Shown piece by piece: positions 46,210 to 60,743 of a stretch of 64,000 bases of DNA. The position numbers and the translations under genes were made by a program. A model generated the notes under the pieces. That model had not been told where the DNA came from and made no database searches. It worked only from the letters and a program-made list of their open reading frames with translations. Position 1 is the stretch's first letter, and each line of letters starts with the position of its first letter. This DNA is from Macrostomum lignano (lineage: Eukaryota): contig NIVC01000033.1 in NCBI GenBank assembly GCA_002269645.1, positions 609,335 to 673,334 on the forward strand, given 5' to 3'.

Positions 46210-46610
46210 GTTTGCCAGCCGATGTTTGCCAGCCGATGTAATTGCCAGCCGACGTTTGCCTGCGGGACGTTTGCCAGCGGGACGTTTGCCAGCCGACGTT
46301 TGCCTGCGGGACGTTTGCCAGCGGGACGTTTGCCAGCCGACGTTTGCCTGCGGGACGTTTGCCAGCCGACGTTTGCCTGCGGGACTTTTGCCAGCCGACG
46401 TTTGCCTGCGGGACTTTTGCCAGCCGACGTTTGCCAGCCGACGTTTGCCAGCCGACGTTTGCCAGCCAACGTTTGCCAGCCGACGTTTGCTAGCCGACGT
46501 TTGCCAGCCGACGTTTGCCAGCCGACGTTTGCCAGCCGACGTTTGCCAGCCAACGTTTGCCAGCCAACGTTTGCCAGCTGACGTTTGCCTGCGGGACGTT
46601 TTCCAGCCGG
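46210..46610. repeat. 14/15-bp minisatellite (gccagccgacgttt and variants)
   Basis: Direct inspection. Confidence 0.9.
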
Positions 46611-49221
46611 ACATTCGCAGGCGGCAATTGATTAAAGAAGTATGCCGTATCTAGGCTTACATGTACTTGCATTTGAAAACTGTGGACATAGCACTAATCT
46701 AATTCCACCTCGCTCCCTACTATACTGCTATTAAATATACAGGTTACTAACAAACTACTGTTCAGGCTTATTGAAGTTATTGCTCTTGTCTGCCTAAATA
46801 GAAGGGTATAAAAATACAAAATAGGAGTTTCCATCGTCACAGTTAATGTCTATTTATGCCATTGATATAGCCCTTTCGATATCAGTGGCCAAACAAGCTA
46901 AGTGTTTACAAGCTACGAGTAAATGGGAAAAGACTGCAGAAATCCATATTGGTTTAGTCCCTGGTTTAGACTAGAAACCAGGGATGGTTTCTAGTATGGT
47001 TTAGAATGGTTTAGACACTATATTGGCTTAGTCCCGCCTATATCTACGTAACTTAGCCGGCCGCAGTCAATAAAGATCTTAGAAATGGGGATCTAAGGTG
47101 TCACCTTGTAGGACCCCGAAGGCGGTGGCAAATTCAGCTTTTTGCAAAAATTTTGCTAAAGGCAAAACCATGGCATTCAGTAGGCTCCTTTAAGCCGAGA
47201 AAAATCGTGTCTCTCAAAACAGTGTTGGACATGCAGATTGAAATAAAACCCGATCAATCCATCGGCTCCGCACTATCATCTCTCTCGATGGCAGCGACAA
47301 TCAGGTCGTAGTTTTCGTTGCTTATCTTGCCATAGCGTTCTCGCACTGCAGGATTCTGCTCATCCACTGCATCTTGGGCTGTAGCAAAACTTTCGTCACT
47401 GCTTTGCTCGCTAAATTCTTCGTCTGCCATATCCATGTTTGTCTGATGAAATATGTTATTTTCTATGGTCTAAGGCTTGCAAAACTGTGGAAAGGATTGA
47501 TAGCGTGCCAAAATTCTCAAATTGGTTGCTCCATAGACCCCCCTTTAGGGCCATAGACGATGAAAAGTAAGTCTTCATTAGCTTGATTTTCCCAATAAGG
47601 ATTAAATTGCTTGCTCCTAGGCTCAATTGGCTTGAAAAATGCATAATTAAATAATAGCAACTTTATTCTAACCTTGACTGCTCCAGCGGAGTGTTTTTTT
47701 ATTTCGTTTTATTTCCATAAGTTTAAAGGACCATCACGTTCAAATTGCATGTATAACTTTAAATAAATGAGATTTAATTGCTTTGGTAGCATAACATGTA
47801 TAGACAAAATTTCCACAGGTGTACATGTATATAGCATTCAGATAGCCAGGCTTAGACCTAGATTTAGAAGTAAACTATTGTAATTAGTGGTTGTATTCCA
47901 CAAATCAACTCAGAAAACACTGGTTTAGGCTTAAACTCAAAGTATAATGCGCCCTTTCTATGTAGTTTATAGTAGTCCTGTGGTCTACAGTCCCTACATA
48001 GTCTCTGCTGTATCCTGGGGTCTTGGCCCTCGACCTATTCAAAGTCTTAAGGGCCTAGCATTGCACTTTTACGAGTAATTGCATGCTGTTTTCAACGAAA
48101 AAATCGTTAATAAAAAATTTATTTCAAAGAAAGATGGTTAGCTAGAGCTAATGATCTTACTAAAACATACTATTTCAATTTGGATTATGACCATAACCTA
48201 CTGGTACAGTAGCAATCTTAAAATACATGTAGTAGTTAGGATGACCGTGATAGTTCACATCACATTGTGCTCACACTTAACTACATGCTTGATTAGAAGT
48301 TTCTTTAAAAAAATAACCACTAAGTTCATGGCCGACGTGTTTAGTTTGGCTAAAACGCTCTCGCTTGCACGGCATCAAGCTGTACCATTGGTGTAAAAAC
48401 TTTAATTTTACGTGCACAGCGTCGGGAATGTTGGAAAGTGTTGGGGGGGGGCGCGGCAGGCTTTGCAAAATAAGTCAATAAGACATACACGTACATCAAT
48501 ACATAGAAGTTTCCGGTATGCATTATGTAAATAGATGTGCTTGATTTTCTTATCAAGGGATGGCACATGGCCCCCCCTCGCGTTAAAACTTGAGGGCTTA
48601 ATTGCCTCTCTGCATGCCTCCGAGTTCCTACGCCTATAGCTACCTGTAAACCGAGGCGACTTTGATATATCAGATTGCTACTCCGAATCAGAAATATGAA
48701 TCTAAAGCCGAGTAAATGGCTATATTATATGGTTGGGGCCGATTCACACAAACACCCAATGAGAGCTTAATATCTTGCCGTGGGTTGCGGTCATCAGCCT
48801 GCCATAAACATGACCTTACATGACCTATACAGGGGTCCCCATATGAAGCAGATTTATACCTTGAACGCACTTACATGCTATATAAGAGTGTACTATACGA
48901 TAATATGCCATATCCGCTATTTATTAATAGCCAATTTATCTAAACAAGTGATGATGAACACGTGGCTGCTAGCCTTCTAATTAAAAAATGGGTGAAAAGA
49001 TAAAATTTTTATACGTTGGTTTTAAATATTGGATAGCCTTAACACAGCTAGCCTTTCAAATTTATTAGTATTGCAAACTCTAATCACAATTATACCGACC
49101 CTTGAAAACCGGGTGGATATGAATTTTACATAATTAACTCTAAAGAGTATTCCATTGATTAATAATGCCATAAAATCAGCCAGGAAGAGTAACAAATGTG
49201 CGGCGTCTTCAGGCTACCGCA

Positions 49222-49290
49222 TTAACTTGCACGTCGTTCGCCGTCTGCAATGGTACAGTGGGTGCATTTCTGGGAGATTTCAGGGTTCAA
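49222..49290 (-). CDS. Membrane protein A, predicted exon 2 (cytoplasmic tail LNPEISQKCTHCTIADGERRAS*)
   Basis: First acceptor (aatcag) after the 5.4 kb satellite and (TGTC)n tract; the phase-0 frame is open for 22 codons and contains CxxC, as does the paralogue tail. Confidence 0.55.
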   Translation of the reverse strand: MNPEISQKCTHCTIADGERRAS

Positions 49291-49302
49291 CTGATTTGCC
49301 AG

Positions 49303-49304
49303 GC

Positions 49305-49365
<61 letters not shown>

Positions 49366-52300
49366 CTAAGACCCTAAGGCACTAAGGCACTAAAACACTA
49401 AGGCACTAAGACACTAAGACACTAAGACACTAAGACACTAAGACACTAAGACACTAAGACACTAAGACACTGAGACACTAAGACACTAAGACACTAAGAC
49501 ACTAAGACACTAAGATACTGAGACACTAAGATACTAAGACACTAAGACACTAAGACACTAAGGCACTAAGACACTAAGATACTAAGACACTAAGACACTG
49601 AGACACTAAGACACTAAGACACTAAGACACTAAGATACTAAGACACTAAGACACTAAGATACTAAGACACTAAGACACTGAGACACTAAGACACTAACAT
49701 ACTAAGACACTAAGACACTGAGATACTAAGACACTAAGACACTGAGACACTAAGACACTAAGACACTAAGATACTAAGACACTAAGACACTAAGACACTA
49801 AGACACTAAGACACTGAGATACTAAGACACTGAGATACTAAGATACTAAGACACTAAGGCACTAAGACACTAAGATACTAAGACACTAAGACACTAAGAT
49901 ACTAAGACACTAAGACACTGAGACACTAAGACACTAAGACACTAAGACACTAAGACACTAAGATACTAAGACACTAAGACACTAAGACACTGAGATACTA
50001 AGATACTAAGACACTAAGACACTAAGACACTAAGACACTGAGATACTAAGACACTGAGACACTAAGACACTGAGATACTAAGATACTAAGACACTGAGAC
50101 ACTAAGACACTGAGATACTAAGATACTAAGACACTAAGACACTAAGACACTAAGACACTGAGATACTAAGACACTGAGATACTAAGACACTGAGATACTG
50201 AGACACTAAGACACTGAGACACTAAGACACTGAGATACTAAGATACTAAGACACTAAGACACTAAGACACTAAGACACTGAGATACTAAGACACTGAGAC
50301 ACTAAGACACTGAGATATTAAGATACTAAGACACTGAGATACTAAGACACTGAGATACTAAGACACTGAGACACTAAGACACTGAGATACTAAGATACTA
50401 AGACACTGAGACACTAAGACACTAAGACACTAAGATACTAAGACACTAAGGCACTAAGACACTAAGACACTAAGACACTAAGACACTAAGACACTAAGAC
50501 ACTAAGACACTAAGACACTGAGACACTAAGACACTAAGACACTAAGACACTAAGACACTAAGATACTGAGACACTAAGATACTAAGACACTAAGACACTA
50601 AGACACTAAGGCACTAAGACACTAAGATACTAAGACACTAAGACACTGAGACACTGAGACACTAAGACACTAAGACACTAAGACACTAAGACACTGAGAT
50701 ACTAAGACACTGAGACACTAAGACACTGAGATACTAAGATACTAAGACACAAAGGCACTAAGACACTAAGATACTAAGACACTAAGACACTAAGATACTA
50801 AGACACTAAGACACTGAGACACTAAGACACTGAGACACTAAGACACTAAGACACTAAGATACTAAGACACTAAGACACTAAGATACTAAGACACTAAGAT
50901 ACTAAGGCACTAAGACACTAAGATACTAAGACACTAAGACACTGAGACACTAAGACACTGAGACACTAAGACACTAAGATACTAAGACACTAAGACACTA
51001 AGATACTAAGACACTAAGACACTGAGACACTAAGACACTAAGATACTAAGACACTAAGACACTAAGACACTAAGACACTGAGATACTAAGACACTAAGAC
51101 ACTAAGACACTAAGACACTGAGATACTAAGACACTAAGACACTAAGATACAAAGATACTAAGACACTAAGGCACTAAGACACTAAGATACTAAGACACTA
51201 AGACACTGAGACACTAAGACACTAAGACACTAAGACACTAAGATACTAAGACACTAAGACACTAAGATACTAAGACACTAAGACACTGAGACACTAAGAC
51301 ACTAAGATACTAAGACACTAAGACACTGAGATACTAAGACACTAAGACACTGAGACACTAAGACACTAAGACACTAAGATACTAAGACACTAAGACACTG
51401 AGACACTAAGACACTAAGACACTGAGACACTAAGATACTGAGACACTAAGATACTAAGACACTAAGACACTAAGACACTAAGACACTAAGACACTGAGAC
51501 ACTAAGACACTGAGACACTAAGACACTAAGATACTAAGACACTAAGACACTAAGACACTAAGACACTGAGATACCAAGACACTGAGACACTAAGACACTA
51601 AGACACTGAGATACTAAGATACTAAGACACTAAGGCACTAAGACACTGAGATACTAAGACACTAAGACACTAAGATACTAAGACACTAAGGCACTGAGAC
51701 ACTAAGACACTAAGACACTAAGACACTGAGACACTAAGACACTAAGATACTAAGACACTAAGACACTAAGATACTAAGACACTAAGACACTGAGACACTA
51801 AGACACTAAGATACTAAGACACTAAGACACTAAGACACTAAGACACTGAGATACTAAGACACTAAGACACTAAGATACTGAGACACTAAGATACTAAGAC
51901 ACTAAGACACTAAGACACTAAGACACTAAGACACTGAGACACTAAGACACTGAGACACTAAGACACTAAGATACTAAGACACTAAGACACTAAGACACTA
52001 AGACACTGAGATACTAAGACACTGAGACACTAAGACACTACGACACTGAGATACTAAGATACTAAGACACTAAGGCACTAAGACACTGAGATACTAAGAC
52101 ACTAAGACACTAAGATACTAAGACACTAAGGCACTGAGACACTAAGACACTGAGACACTAAGATACTAAGACACTAAGACACTAAGACACTAAGACACTA
52201 AGACACTAAGACACTAAGGCACTAAGACACTAAGATACTAAGACACTAAGACACTGAGACACTAAGACACTAAGACACTAAGACACTAAGACACTAAGAC

Positions 52301-54812
52301 ACTGAGATACTAAGACACTAAGACACTAAGACACTAAGACACTGAGACACTAAGACACTAAGACACTGAGACACTAAGATACTGAGACACTAAGATACTA
52401 AGACACTAAGACACTAAGACACTAAGGCACTAAGACACTAAGATACTAAGACACTAAGACACTGAGACACTAAGACACTAAGACACTAAGACACTAAGAT
52501 ACTAAGACACTAAGACACTAAGATACTAAGACACTAAGACACTGAGACACTAAGACACTAACATACTAAGACACTAAGACACTGAGATACTAAGACACTA
52601 AGACACTGAGACACTAAGACACTAAGACACTAAGATACTAAGACACTAAGATACTAAGACACTAAGACACTGAGACACTAAGACACTAAGACACTGAGAC
52701 ACTAAGATACTGAGACACTAAGATACTAAGACACTAAGACACTAAGACACTAAGACACTAAGACACTGAGACACTAAGACACTGAGACACTAAGACACTA
52801 AGATACTAAGACACTAAGACACTAAGACACTAAGTCACTGAGATACTAAGACACTGAGACACTAAGACACTAAGACACTGAGATACTAAGATACTAAGAC
52901 ACTAAGGCACTAAGACACTGAGATACTAAGACACTAAGACACTAAGATACTAAGACACTAAGGCACTGAGACACTAAGACACTGAGACACTAAGATACTA
53001 AGACACTAAGACACTAAGACACTAAGACACTGAGACACTAAGACACTAAGACACTGAGACACTAAGATACTGAGACACTAAGATACTAAGACACTAAGAC
53101 ACTAAGACACTAAGACACTAAGACACTGAGACACTAAGACACTGAGACACTAAGACACTAAGATACTGAGACACTAAGATACTAAGACACTAAGACACTA
53201 AGACACTAAGACACTAAGACACTGAGACACTAAGACACTGAGACACTAAGACACTAAGATACTAAGACACTAAGACACTAAGACACTAAGACACTGAGAT
53301 ACTAAGACACTGAGACACTAAGACACTACGACACTGAGATACTAAGATACTAAGACACTAAGGCACTAAGACACTGAGATACTAAGACACTAAGACACTA
53401 AGATACTAAGACACTAAGGCACTGAGACACTAAGACACTGAGACACTAAGATACTAAGACACTAAGACACTAAGACACTAAGACACTAAGACACTAAGAC
53501 ACTAAGGCACTAAGACACTAAGATACTAAGACACTAAGACACTGAGACACTAAGACACTAAGACACTAAGACACTAAGATACTAAGACACTAAGACACTA
53601 AGATACTAAGACACTAAGACACTGAGACACTAAGACACTAAGATACTAAGACACTAAGACACTGAGATACTAAGACACTAAGACACTGAGACACTAAGAC
53701 ACTAAGACACTAAGATACTAAGACACTAAGATACTAAGACACTAAGACACTGAGACACTAAGACACTAAGACACTGAGACACTAAGATACTGAGACACTA
53801 AGATACTAAGACACTAAGACACTAAGACACTAAGACACTAAGACACTGAGACACTAAGACACTGAGACACTAAGACACTAAGATACTAAGACACTAAGAC
53901 ACTAAGACACTAAGACACTGAGATACTAAGACACTGAGACACTAAGACACTAAGACACTGAGATACTAAGATACTAAGACACTAAGGCACTAAGACACTG
54001 AGATACTAAGACACTAAGACACTAAGATACTAAGACACTAAGGCACTGAGACACTAAGACACTGAGACACTAAGATACTAAGACACTAAGACACTAAGAC
54101 ACTAAGACACTGAGACACTAAGACACTAAGACACTGAGACACTAAGATACTGAGACACTAAGATACTAAGACACTAAGACACTAAGACACTAAGACACTA
54201 AGACACTGAGACACTAAGACACTGAGACACTAAGACACTAAGATACTAAGACACTAAGACACTAAGACACTAAGACACTGAGATACTAAGACACTGAGAC
54301 ACTAAGACACTACGACACTGAGATACTAAGATACTAAGACACTAAGGCACTAAGACACTGAGATACTAAGACACTAAGACACTAAGATACTAAGACACTA
54401 AGGCACTGAGACACTAAGACACTGAGACACTAAGATACTAAGACACTAAGACACTAAGACACTAAGACACTGAGACACTAAGACACTAAGACACTGAGAT
54501 ACTAAGATACTAAGACACTAAGGCGCTAAGATACTAAGACACTAAGACACTAAGACACTGAGACACTAAGACACTAAGATACTAAGACACTAAGACACTA
54601 AGATACTAAGACACTAAGACACTGAGACACTAAGACACTAAGACACTAAGACACTAAGACACTAAGATACCAAGACACTAAGACACTGAGACACTAAGAC
54701 ACTGAGACACTATGACTCTAAGACACTAAGATACCAAGACACTAAGACACTAAGACACTAAGATACCAAGACACTAAGACACTAAGACACTAAGACACTG
54801 AGACACTAAGAC
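49303..54812. repeat. (GACA)n microsatellite followed by a ~5.4 kb 9-bp satellite (gacactaag / gatactaag / gacactgag) filling the intron of membrane-protein gene A
   Basis: Direct inspection. Confidence 0.95.
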
Positions 54813-54824
54813 AGCTACACTTAC

Positions 54825-55301
54825 CATTTGCCTCTTGCGCCGTAGTCGAATACAGGCAAACAGCAAAAACACTACTGCAGCCACAGCAGTGGAGCTGCCA
54901 ACAATGACCCGGCGGACTGCATGTAGTTTCTTTGTACGCTTTCGCACGCTTTTACACTTACGTTTTAGCGTCCGGTTAATGGTAATATCGCAGAAAAATG
55001 AATCACTTTCCAGGCACTTGGCGTAAGCCTCCAGGTTAAGGGAGTACCAGCACTGACGAAAGCCATCGCTCAGTGTTAGCTTGATGACCAGACCGTCTGC
55101 ACTGCAGGTCTCCACATGCTTCCAAAATTTCATATTTTTCTTAAACAGATCCGTCAGTTTAGGATTGGGCGAGCCGGTGCCGGTCAGAGCGTCGCAGATC
55201 TGCTGAAGCTCCTGGCTGATCTGCTGCCTTATATCCTCACTGGCGACACTTCCCGCGAATGTTAAAATGACAATGACGAGCAGAGAGACTTGATTGCGCA
55301 T
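54825..55301 (-). CDS. Unassigned small type-I membrane protein A, exon 1 (signal peptide, 6-Cys ectodomain, TM helix, basic stop-transfer)
   Basis: MRNQVSLLVIVILTFAGSVAS (signal-like); six Cys; VIVGSSTAVAAVVFLLFACI (TM) then RLRRKRQM and donor gtaagt at 54824. A clear paralogue lies at 60231-60743. Confidence 0.75.
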
Positions 55302-55553
55302 GATGTCAAAAGTTTAGGTTACTTATATGACAATGGCAAGGTTTATGCTTAATTCTTTAATTCTGGGCTTATAGCTTGACTTACTTAAATAGCAGTCATA
55401 AAACGGCCTTACTTAAACATTCCATAGGTCATGTCAAATTAGACATTTTACTGATGTCACGGATACTATTTTAAAAAAATACAATTTTAACCAATGAAAT
55501 CCAATCAAGAACAGAAAGTTTTCTGCATCACTACTTTTCGAAGACGATTTTTA

Positions 55554-55966
55554 TTACAGGCTAATAATCCTTTCTTCGATTGCGCAGATAGTGGGCCACC
55601 TCCGCCTATCCTGCCATGTCATGTTCTGGAATTGCCTGAATTCAACCTCACAAGAGATTACACGATCACTAAAGGTGGGTATCGGGGCCGCAACAACAGC
55701 AGCGAATCGACTGATTATACTGAATACTTCGAAGAAGACTATGGGAATTATGAGAACCTGCTTAGAAGATCTTTTCTGTAGACATTTCGTAATTTTTTCT
55801 TGCTTTACCTCGACTGACTGCAGGACTGCAAGTCGATTTTGAATTGCTTCATTTGATTTGTTTTTTTCCAACAAAGCACGCCGAATCTTCTGATCTGACT
55901 GGTTTGAGCTCATTGCGACCCAGTCAAGAGATCCTGCCTGGTCTGGTCGAGAGGAGGATCGTTCCA
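55554..55966 (-). other. Possible exon(s) of an unidentified gene between paralogues A and B
   Basis: Non-repetitive open frame after an acceptor-like cactgacag at the edge of a minisatellite; coiled-coil-like KIRRALLEKNKSNEAIQNRLAVLQSVE; in-frame 33-nt gtaaag...ctacag segment could be an intron. No family recognised. Confidence 0.25.
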
Positions 55967-56395
55967 CTGTCAGTGACATTTGCCTGCCAGTGACATATGA
56001 CTGTCAGTGACATTTGACTGCAGCAGAGACATTTGAATGTCAGTGCCATTTGACTGTCAGTGACATTTGACTGCCACATTTGACTGACTGTCAGTGACAT
56101 TTGACTGCAGCAGAGACATTTGAATGTCAGTGCCATTTGACTGCCATTCAAATTTGACTGCCACATTTGACTGACTGTCAGTGCCATTTGACTGCCATTC
56201 AAATTTGACTGCCACATTTGACTGACTGTCAGTGCCATTTGACTGCCATTCAAATTTGACTGCCACATTTGACTGACTGTCAGTGACATTTGACTGCAGC
56301 AGAGACATTATTTGAATGTCAGTGCCATTTGACTGCCAGTGACATTTGACTGTCAGTGACATTTGACTGTCAGTGACATTTGCCTGCAGCAGACA
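55965..56395. repeat. Compound degenerate minisatellite (ctgtcagtgacatttga and variants)
   Basis: Direct inspection. Confidence 0.85.
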
Positions 56396-58099
56396 TTTAA
56401 CTACGTGAAACCTGCCAGCACTATAAACATAAAGCTCGTACTTGAGAGTGAAACAGAACGGCAGAGGCGGTTACTTAAGAAGCTGTTTGCACATTTTTGA
56501 AAATTTATACAATCGAACTTTAACATAACATTGAACATTTGAATTTCGCTTTTTCAAAATGCAGTAAAATTTACATAGTAGTATGCGAAGAATTTTATCT
56601 ACGGAATTTAGTAGGTACATGTATTAACTTTCTTGTTTTACTGTGTATCAGGTTTAACAGTATTACCGCACAATTAACAAATTACTTATTTTTCTGTTAC
56701 TCTAAACTGCTGGATTTCAAGCATTGAAATCAATAATAATAATTACAGGATGGTGCAATCAGTGCAAAGTCAGTTCTGCCGATTCCGCGCGCTAGCTCCT
56801 GATCACACAAACTCACGGGGTGTTTCAGCGGCCCTGACTTTCTAATGGTGAGACATTTGCACTCTCTGTGCCCTGGGGGTTGGTGTCAGTGAGTCCAAGA
56901 ATTGCTGTGCCATGATGCACCTGATGCACCGCGTAAGGAAGTCTATCGGTAGGCTGAGTAAGTGGGGCATTTCTGAAAACCCCTTGAGGCTCCGCGGGTG
57001 CATTTCCAGTTCAAAGCTGAGTGTGCCAGAAGAAAAGGTGCGCTTATTATACTACTCGTAGTTCAGTCTTTATCAAAGCCCAGCTTGCTAACAATAAACA
57101 AAAAACCCAGTAGAGAGCTTTTATGCGAACTTTTGTGTAGACAGAAATGAGAGAGCGCATATGTTCGTTATTAGGAGCTCTCGCTTGTGTTGGAGGGGTT
57201 TGGAGCAATTTCTATCTCTTATTTATTAGTAGTCTCTGGGGCTCCAGCCTCACTCAGCTCCGTAGCAACCATGCAGACGGGCCAGACCGATCTTCTTATG
57301 CAGTGTCTATTTAGCGACTCCATTGTGTCTGCGAGCGCTCTTTCTTGGAATGAGCCAGCTGCATAGCGAGGTATCCATGAGTATTATGCAGATGTAAACT
57401 AAAAAAATTATATGGTGAATAAACGCATAGCGTGAAATGAAAACGTGTTCCGTTTTGGTTGCTTTTCTACTGCAGCCGGTACACATACACTTTACACTCG
57501 ATAAACAAGCAGTTTGTGGGGTTTATTTTTCTCGAATTATGTTAACGTGTGTGCCATCTTCTGGACTCCAGAATAACAAACGGAACAACCCTAGAAGACA
57601 TTGACTTGTTGATTCTTAACAGATCTCGTCTATCTTCTTGGGTTGCTGCACAAGTACTTGCAAGAACGTGCAAGATCTTCGCTATGATACGCTCGTAATA
57701 CTTAGGTAAACTTACCAGATCTGGGCGACTTGCTAAATCGTACAAGATCTTAGCTTTTATATCTTTTTATAGCTTCGAATCGGATATTTTCTTAAATTTA
57801 TTCTCCTATTTTGTCGTAAAATAAAATATAGTCCAGCTAGAACACTTTAGCCAAATGAATAACAAAACAAATTTACCCCCCATGTTTTTTTGATAGCGGC
57901 GAATGGGGTTCACCAGAGACGGATTGGTAGACAAATTTGTTTAGACGAAATTACATCAAAGAGACGGGACACAACTGGAATTTGGTAACAGTTCATGAGA
58001 AAATAGATTTAGTTACTTTACTGAACCTCTAGCCAGCTAATTAAACCTTTTTGCAGTCTAGGTTGGTAAGAATTTCCTGCTGCCCAAAATGTGAACCTC

Positions 58100-58669
58100 A
58101 CAACCATCAGCCGAGCTCTAAATCGTAGACTCATCACAATCAAACTGCTCAGAGAGGCGCCACAGAACATGGAACGACGACATTGCGAAGGAGGCAAGGA
58201 GAATGCATGTAAACTGGCTGCTTGGTGAGCCCTCTGCTGTACATGGATGAATATGGCATCAATCTTTGGACAGCAAAAACATTTGGGCGAGGCCCACGCG
58301 ATGAACGCGCGGTCAGGATTCTCAACGGCCAATGGGGATGAAATCTCAGCATCTGCCTAGCGATTTCCTAGGAACTGAGTCTCGTGTACTTCAACCTGGT
58401 GGAGAGTGGAGTTCGCAAGGAGAACTTCTGGGTGTTCCTCTCTGAATTTGATCAAATTGGTCGAAGGCAATTTCGTCCTGCTCTTTGACGGAGCTCGCGC
58501 ACTCAACAGCATCACGACAATGTCTGATGGTCATGAGCATCGGTTTTTAATACCATATTCGCCGTTTCTCAATCCAGCAGAGCGAGCAGGATCGATGCTG
58601 AAAGCCGCTGTGAAACAGCGCATTCAAACACATGCCATCCAGCGCGAGGTGGTAGATGTATTTGAATGA
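58100..58669 (+). pseudogene. Tc1/IS630-like DDE transposase remnant
   Basis: Across frameshifts: TISRAL...VYMDEYGINLW...VLLFDGAR...FLIPYSPFLNPAER...LKAAVK; PYSPxLNPIE is the IS630/Tc1 signature. Confidence 0.65.
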
Positions 58670-58775
58670 ACACTGGCCTTCGGAAATGGACCAATTGACT
58701 AATTTTCACGCCCTATCTTGTGTCTCTGTGTCGCTTTTTTCTTCTGCGCACATACAACAATAAAATTGTGTTGGC

Positions 58776-59570
58776 CAAAGAGTATTGAGGTCGCCCAGTA
58801 CAGAGTGCCAATAAGGATGAAATACTGAAGCCGATTTTTAGAATCCACCCACCCCTCCGGTCACCAGGCCTTTTAATTAGTCTGTGGCACAAGTTGTGGC
58901 TAGAATGGTGCACAAAGCCGATGCTCAGAAATATAAGACATTTCACACTTAGAAAATGCATGAATCAAACAAACAAGAGAACATCGCTCAGTCACCAGAC
59001 CCAGTCGCCGCCGTCGATACACAACTCCGTTAGTACAGCCGTGCCATATAGCCTTATCACTTATGCTTTTTGCTTTTCCCACTGCTGCACCTTCACTCTG
59101 CCTGTTTATCACTTATGTTTTTGTCTTTCCGACTCTGCTGCAAGAATCCTGCTCAACTTCTTTTCTCCTTACATAATGCAATCATCGTACGTACGGTTAC
59201 AGTATAGATACAGAAATAAAGTCTTGAGGACGTTTTAAGCATACATGGTATTCGTCTAGCTACATTAGCTACTTGTATTTTTCTCATGCACTCTATGTAT
59301 ATTTCTGGCATGGCTGTTACGGAGTTGTATATCGACGACGGCAACTGAGTCTGGTGACTGAGCGATGTTGTCTTGTTTATTTGATACATGCATTTTCTAA
59401 GTGTGAAATGTCTTATATTTCTGAGCATTGGCTTTGTACACCATTCTAGCCACAACTTGTGCCACAGACTAAAAAGCTTGGTGACCGGAGGGGGTGGGTG
59501 GATTCTAAAAATCGGCTTCAGTTTTTCATCCTTATTGGCACTCTATACTAGGCGACCTCAATACTCTTTG
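58776..59570. mobile_element. 795-bp MITE with ~265-bp imperfect TIRs, CAAAG termini and perfect 8-bp TSD
   Basis: Inverted arms 58776-~59045 and ~59307-59570; TSD GTGTTGGC at 58768-58775 and 59571-59578. Confidence 0.88.
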
Positions 59571-59866
59571 GTGTTGGCCAACTGGATCGCAATTTAGGCC
59601 AAATTAGCTTCAGTAATTTTACACTGTCTATGGCTTTCAGCTCAGCTCAGCTGGGTGAGCGGACTCGCGAAACCGAAGGATTTCTTATCCCTGTTAAAGT
59701 TGATCGCAGTTTTGGCCAACTAGATTGCAAAAAGTTAAAATATTTTTTTCTGTGTAATATAATGTGATTTTTGTGCGTAATTACTTCCACATTTAAATGT
59801 AACTGAATAACAACGGCTGAAATTGAGTCTTCTCGGCAGAAAATAGTTGCAATCCTTCAGGCGATT

Positions 59867-59956
59867 TCAACCAGAGTAGAATGGTTCTGAAAGACAGGAG
59901 TGACAGCTCATGACAGTTCTACTAATTTGCAGCTCAGCTTTAATGTTGAAATACAC
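59867..59956 (-). CDS. Membrane protein B, predicted exon 2 (VYFNIKAELQISRTVMSCHSCLSEPFYSG*)
   Basis: Acceptor cctttatag directly after the (TGTC)n tract; phase-0 frame of 29 aa containing CxxC. An alternative downstream acceptor (attaaag) is possible. Confidence 0.55.
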   Translation of the reverse strand: MYFNIKAELQISRTVMSCHSCLSEPFYSG

Positions 59957-59964
59957 CTATAAAG

Positions 59965-60218
<254 letters not shown>

Positions 60219-60230
60219 ATCTATACGCAC

Positions 60231-60743
60231 CATCTGACTGGAGCGCCTCTTTCGCACACAGTAGACAGTCAAGCCGATGGCAAGACCGATGACCACCAGG
60301 GCCAGTGGCACGCCAACGAAAACCCCTGTCTCGCGGGACCCGACGTAGCCGGACAGTTTAGTGCAGCTCTCCTTTTGGACAGGCATTTTGCAGTCACCGG
60401 AACTAGTTTTCTCGTCCGCGCAACTAGCGAAATAGGTCCAGTCTTGGCTCACTGAGCAACGCTTCCTTTGCAGGAACTTTCCCTCGTCTCTGAGAAACGT
60501 CATTTTGACGAACAGGCCGTTTACGGTGCATGTCTCAACTTGGAGTCCAACATTCTGGAGCTGCAGCCTGGAAAGAGCTGCGAGAGTGGAAGTCCCGGAC
60601 GAGTCGGGCAGTCGACCTGTTATGGCATCGCAGCCAAGCCGTAGCTGCTCCTTCAACATCGAGGTGAAGCTTTCTTCGCATAAGCCATAATTGATGACAA
60701 TGCAGAAAAGTAGCGCAACGAATAGTGGAGCTGGGTGTCTCAT
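60231..60743 (-). CDS. Unassigned small type-I membrane protein B, exon 1 (paralogue of A)
   Basis: MRHPAPLFVALLFCIVINYGLC (signal-like); CDAITG and VETCTVNGLFVKMT versus A CDALTG and VETCSADGLVIKLT; TM GVFVGVPLALVVIGLAIGLTVYCV then RKRRSSQM and donor gtgcgt at 60230. Confidence 0.75.

Noticed and set aside
45680-46654. 324-aa plus-strand ORF
   Set aside because: The first half is antisense to an RTE-like fragment and the second half is a 14/15-bp minisatellite.
47254-47436. 60-aa acidic ORF (MDMADEEF...ISNENYDLIVAAIER) resembling a transposase N-terminal HTH
   Set aside because: Too short, early stop, and no catalytic motifs or element ends found; left unannotated.
58713-59597. Near-identical ORF pairs on opposite strands (MHFLSVKC..., MWLEWCTK...)
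   Set aside because: They are the two arms of the foldback MITE and not duplicated genes.
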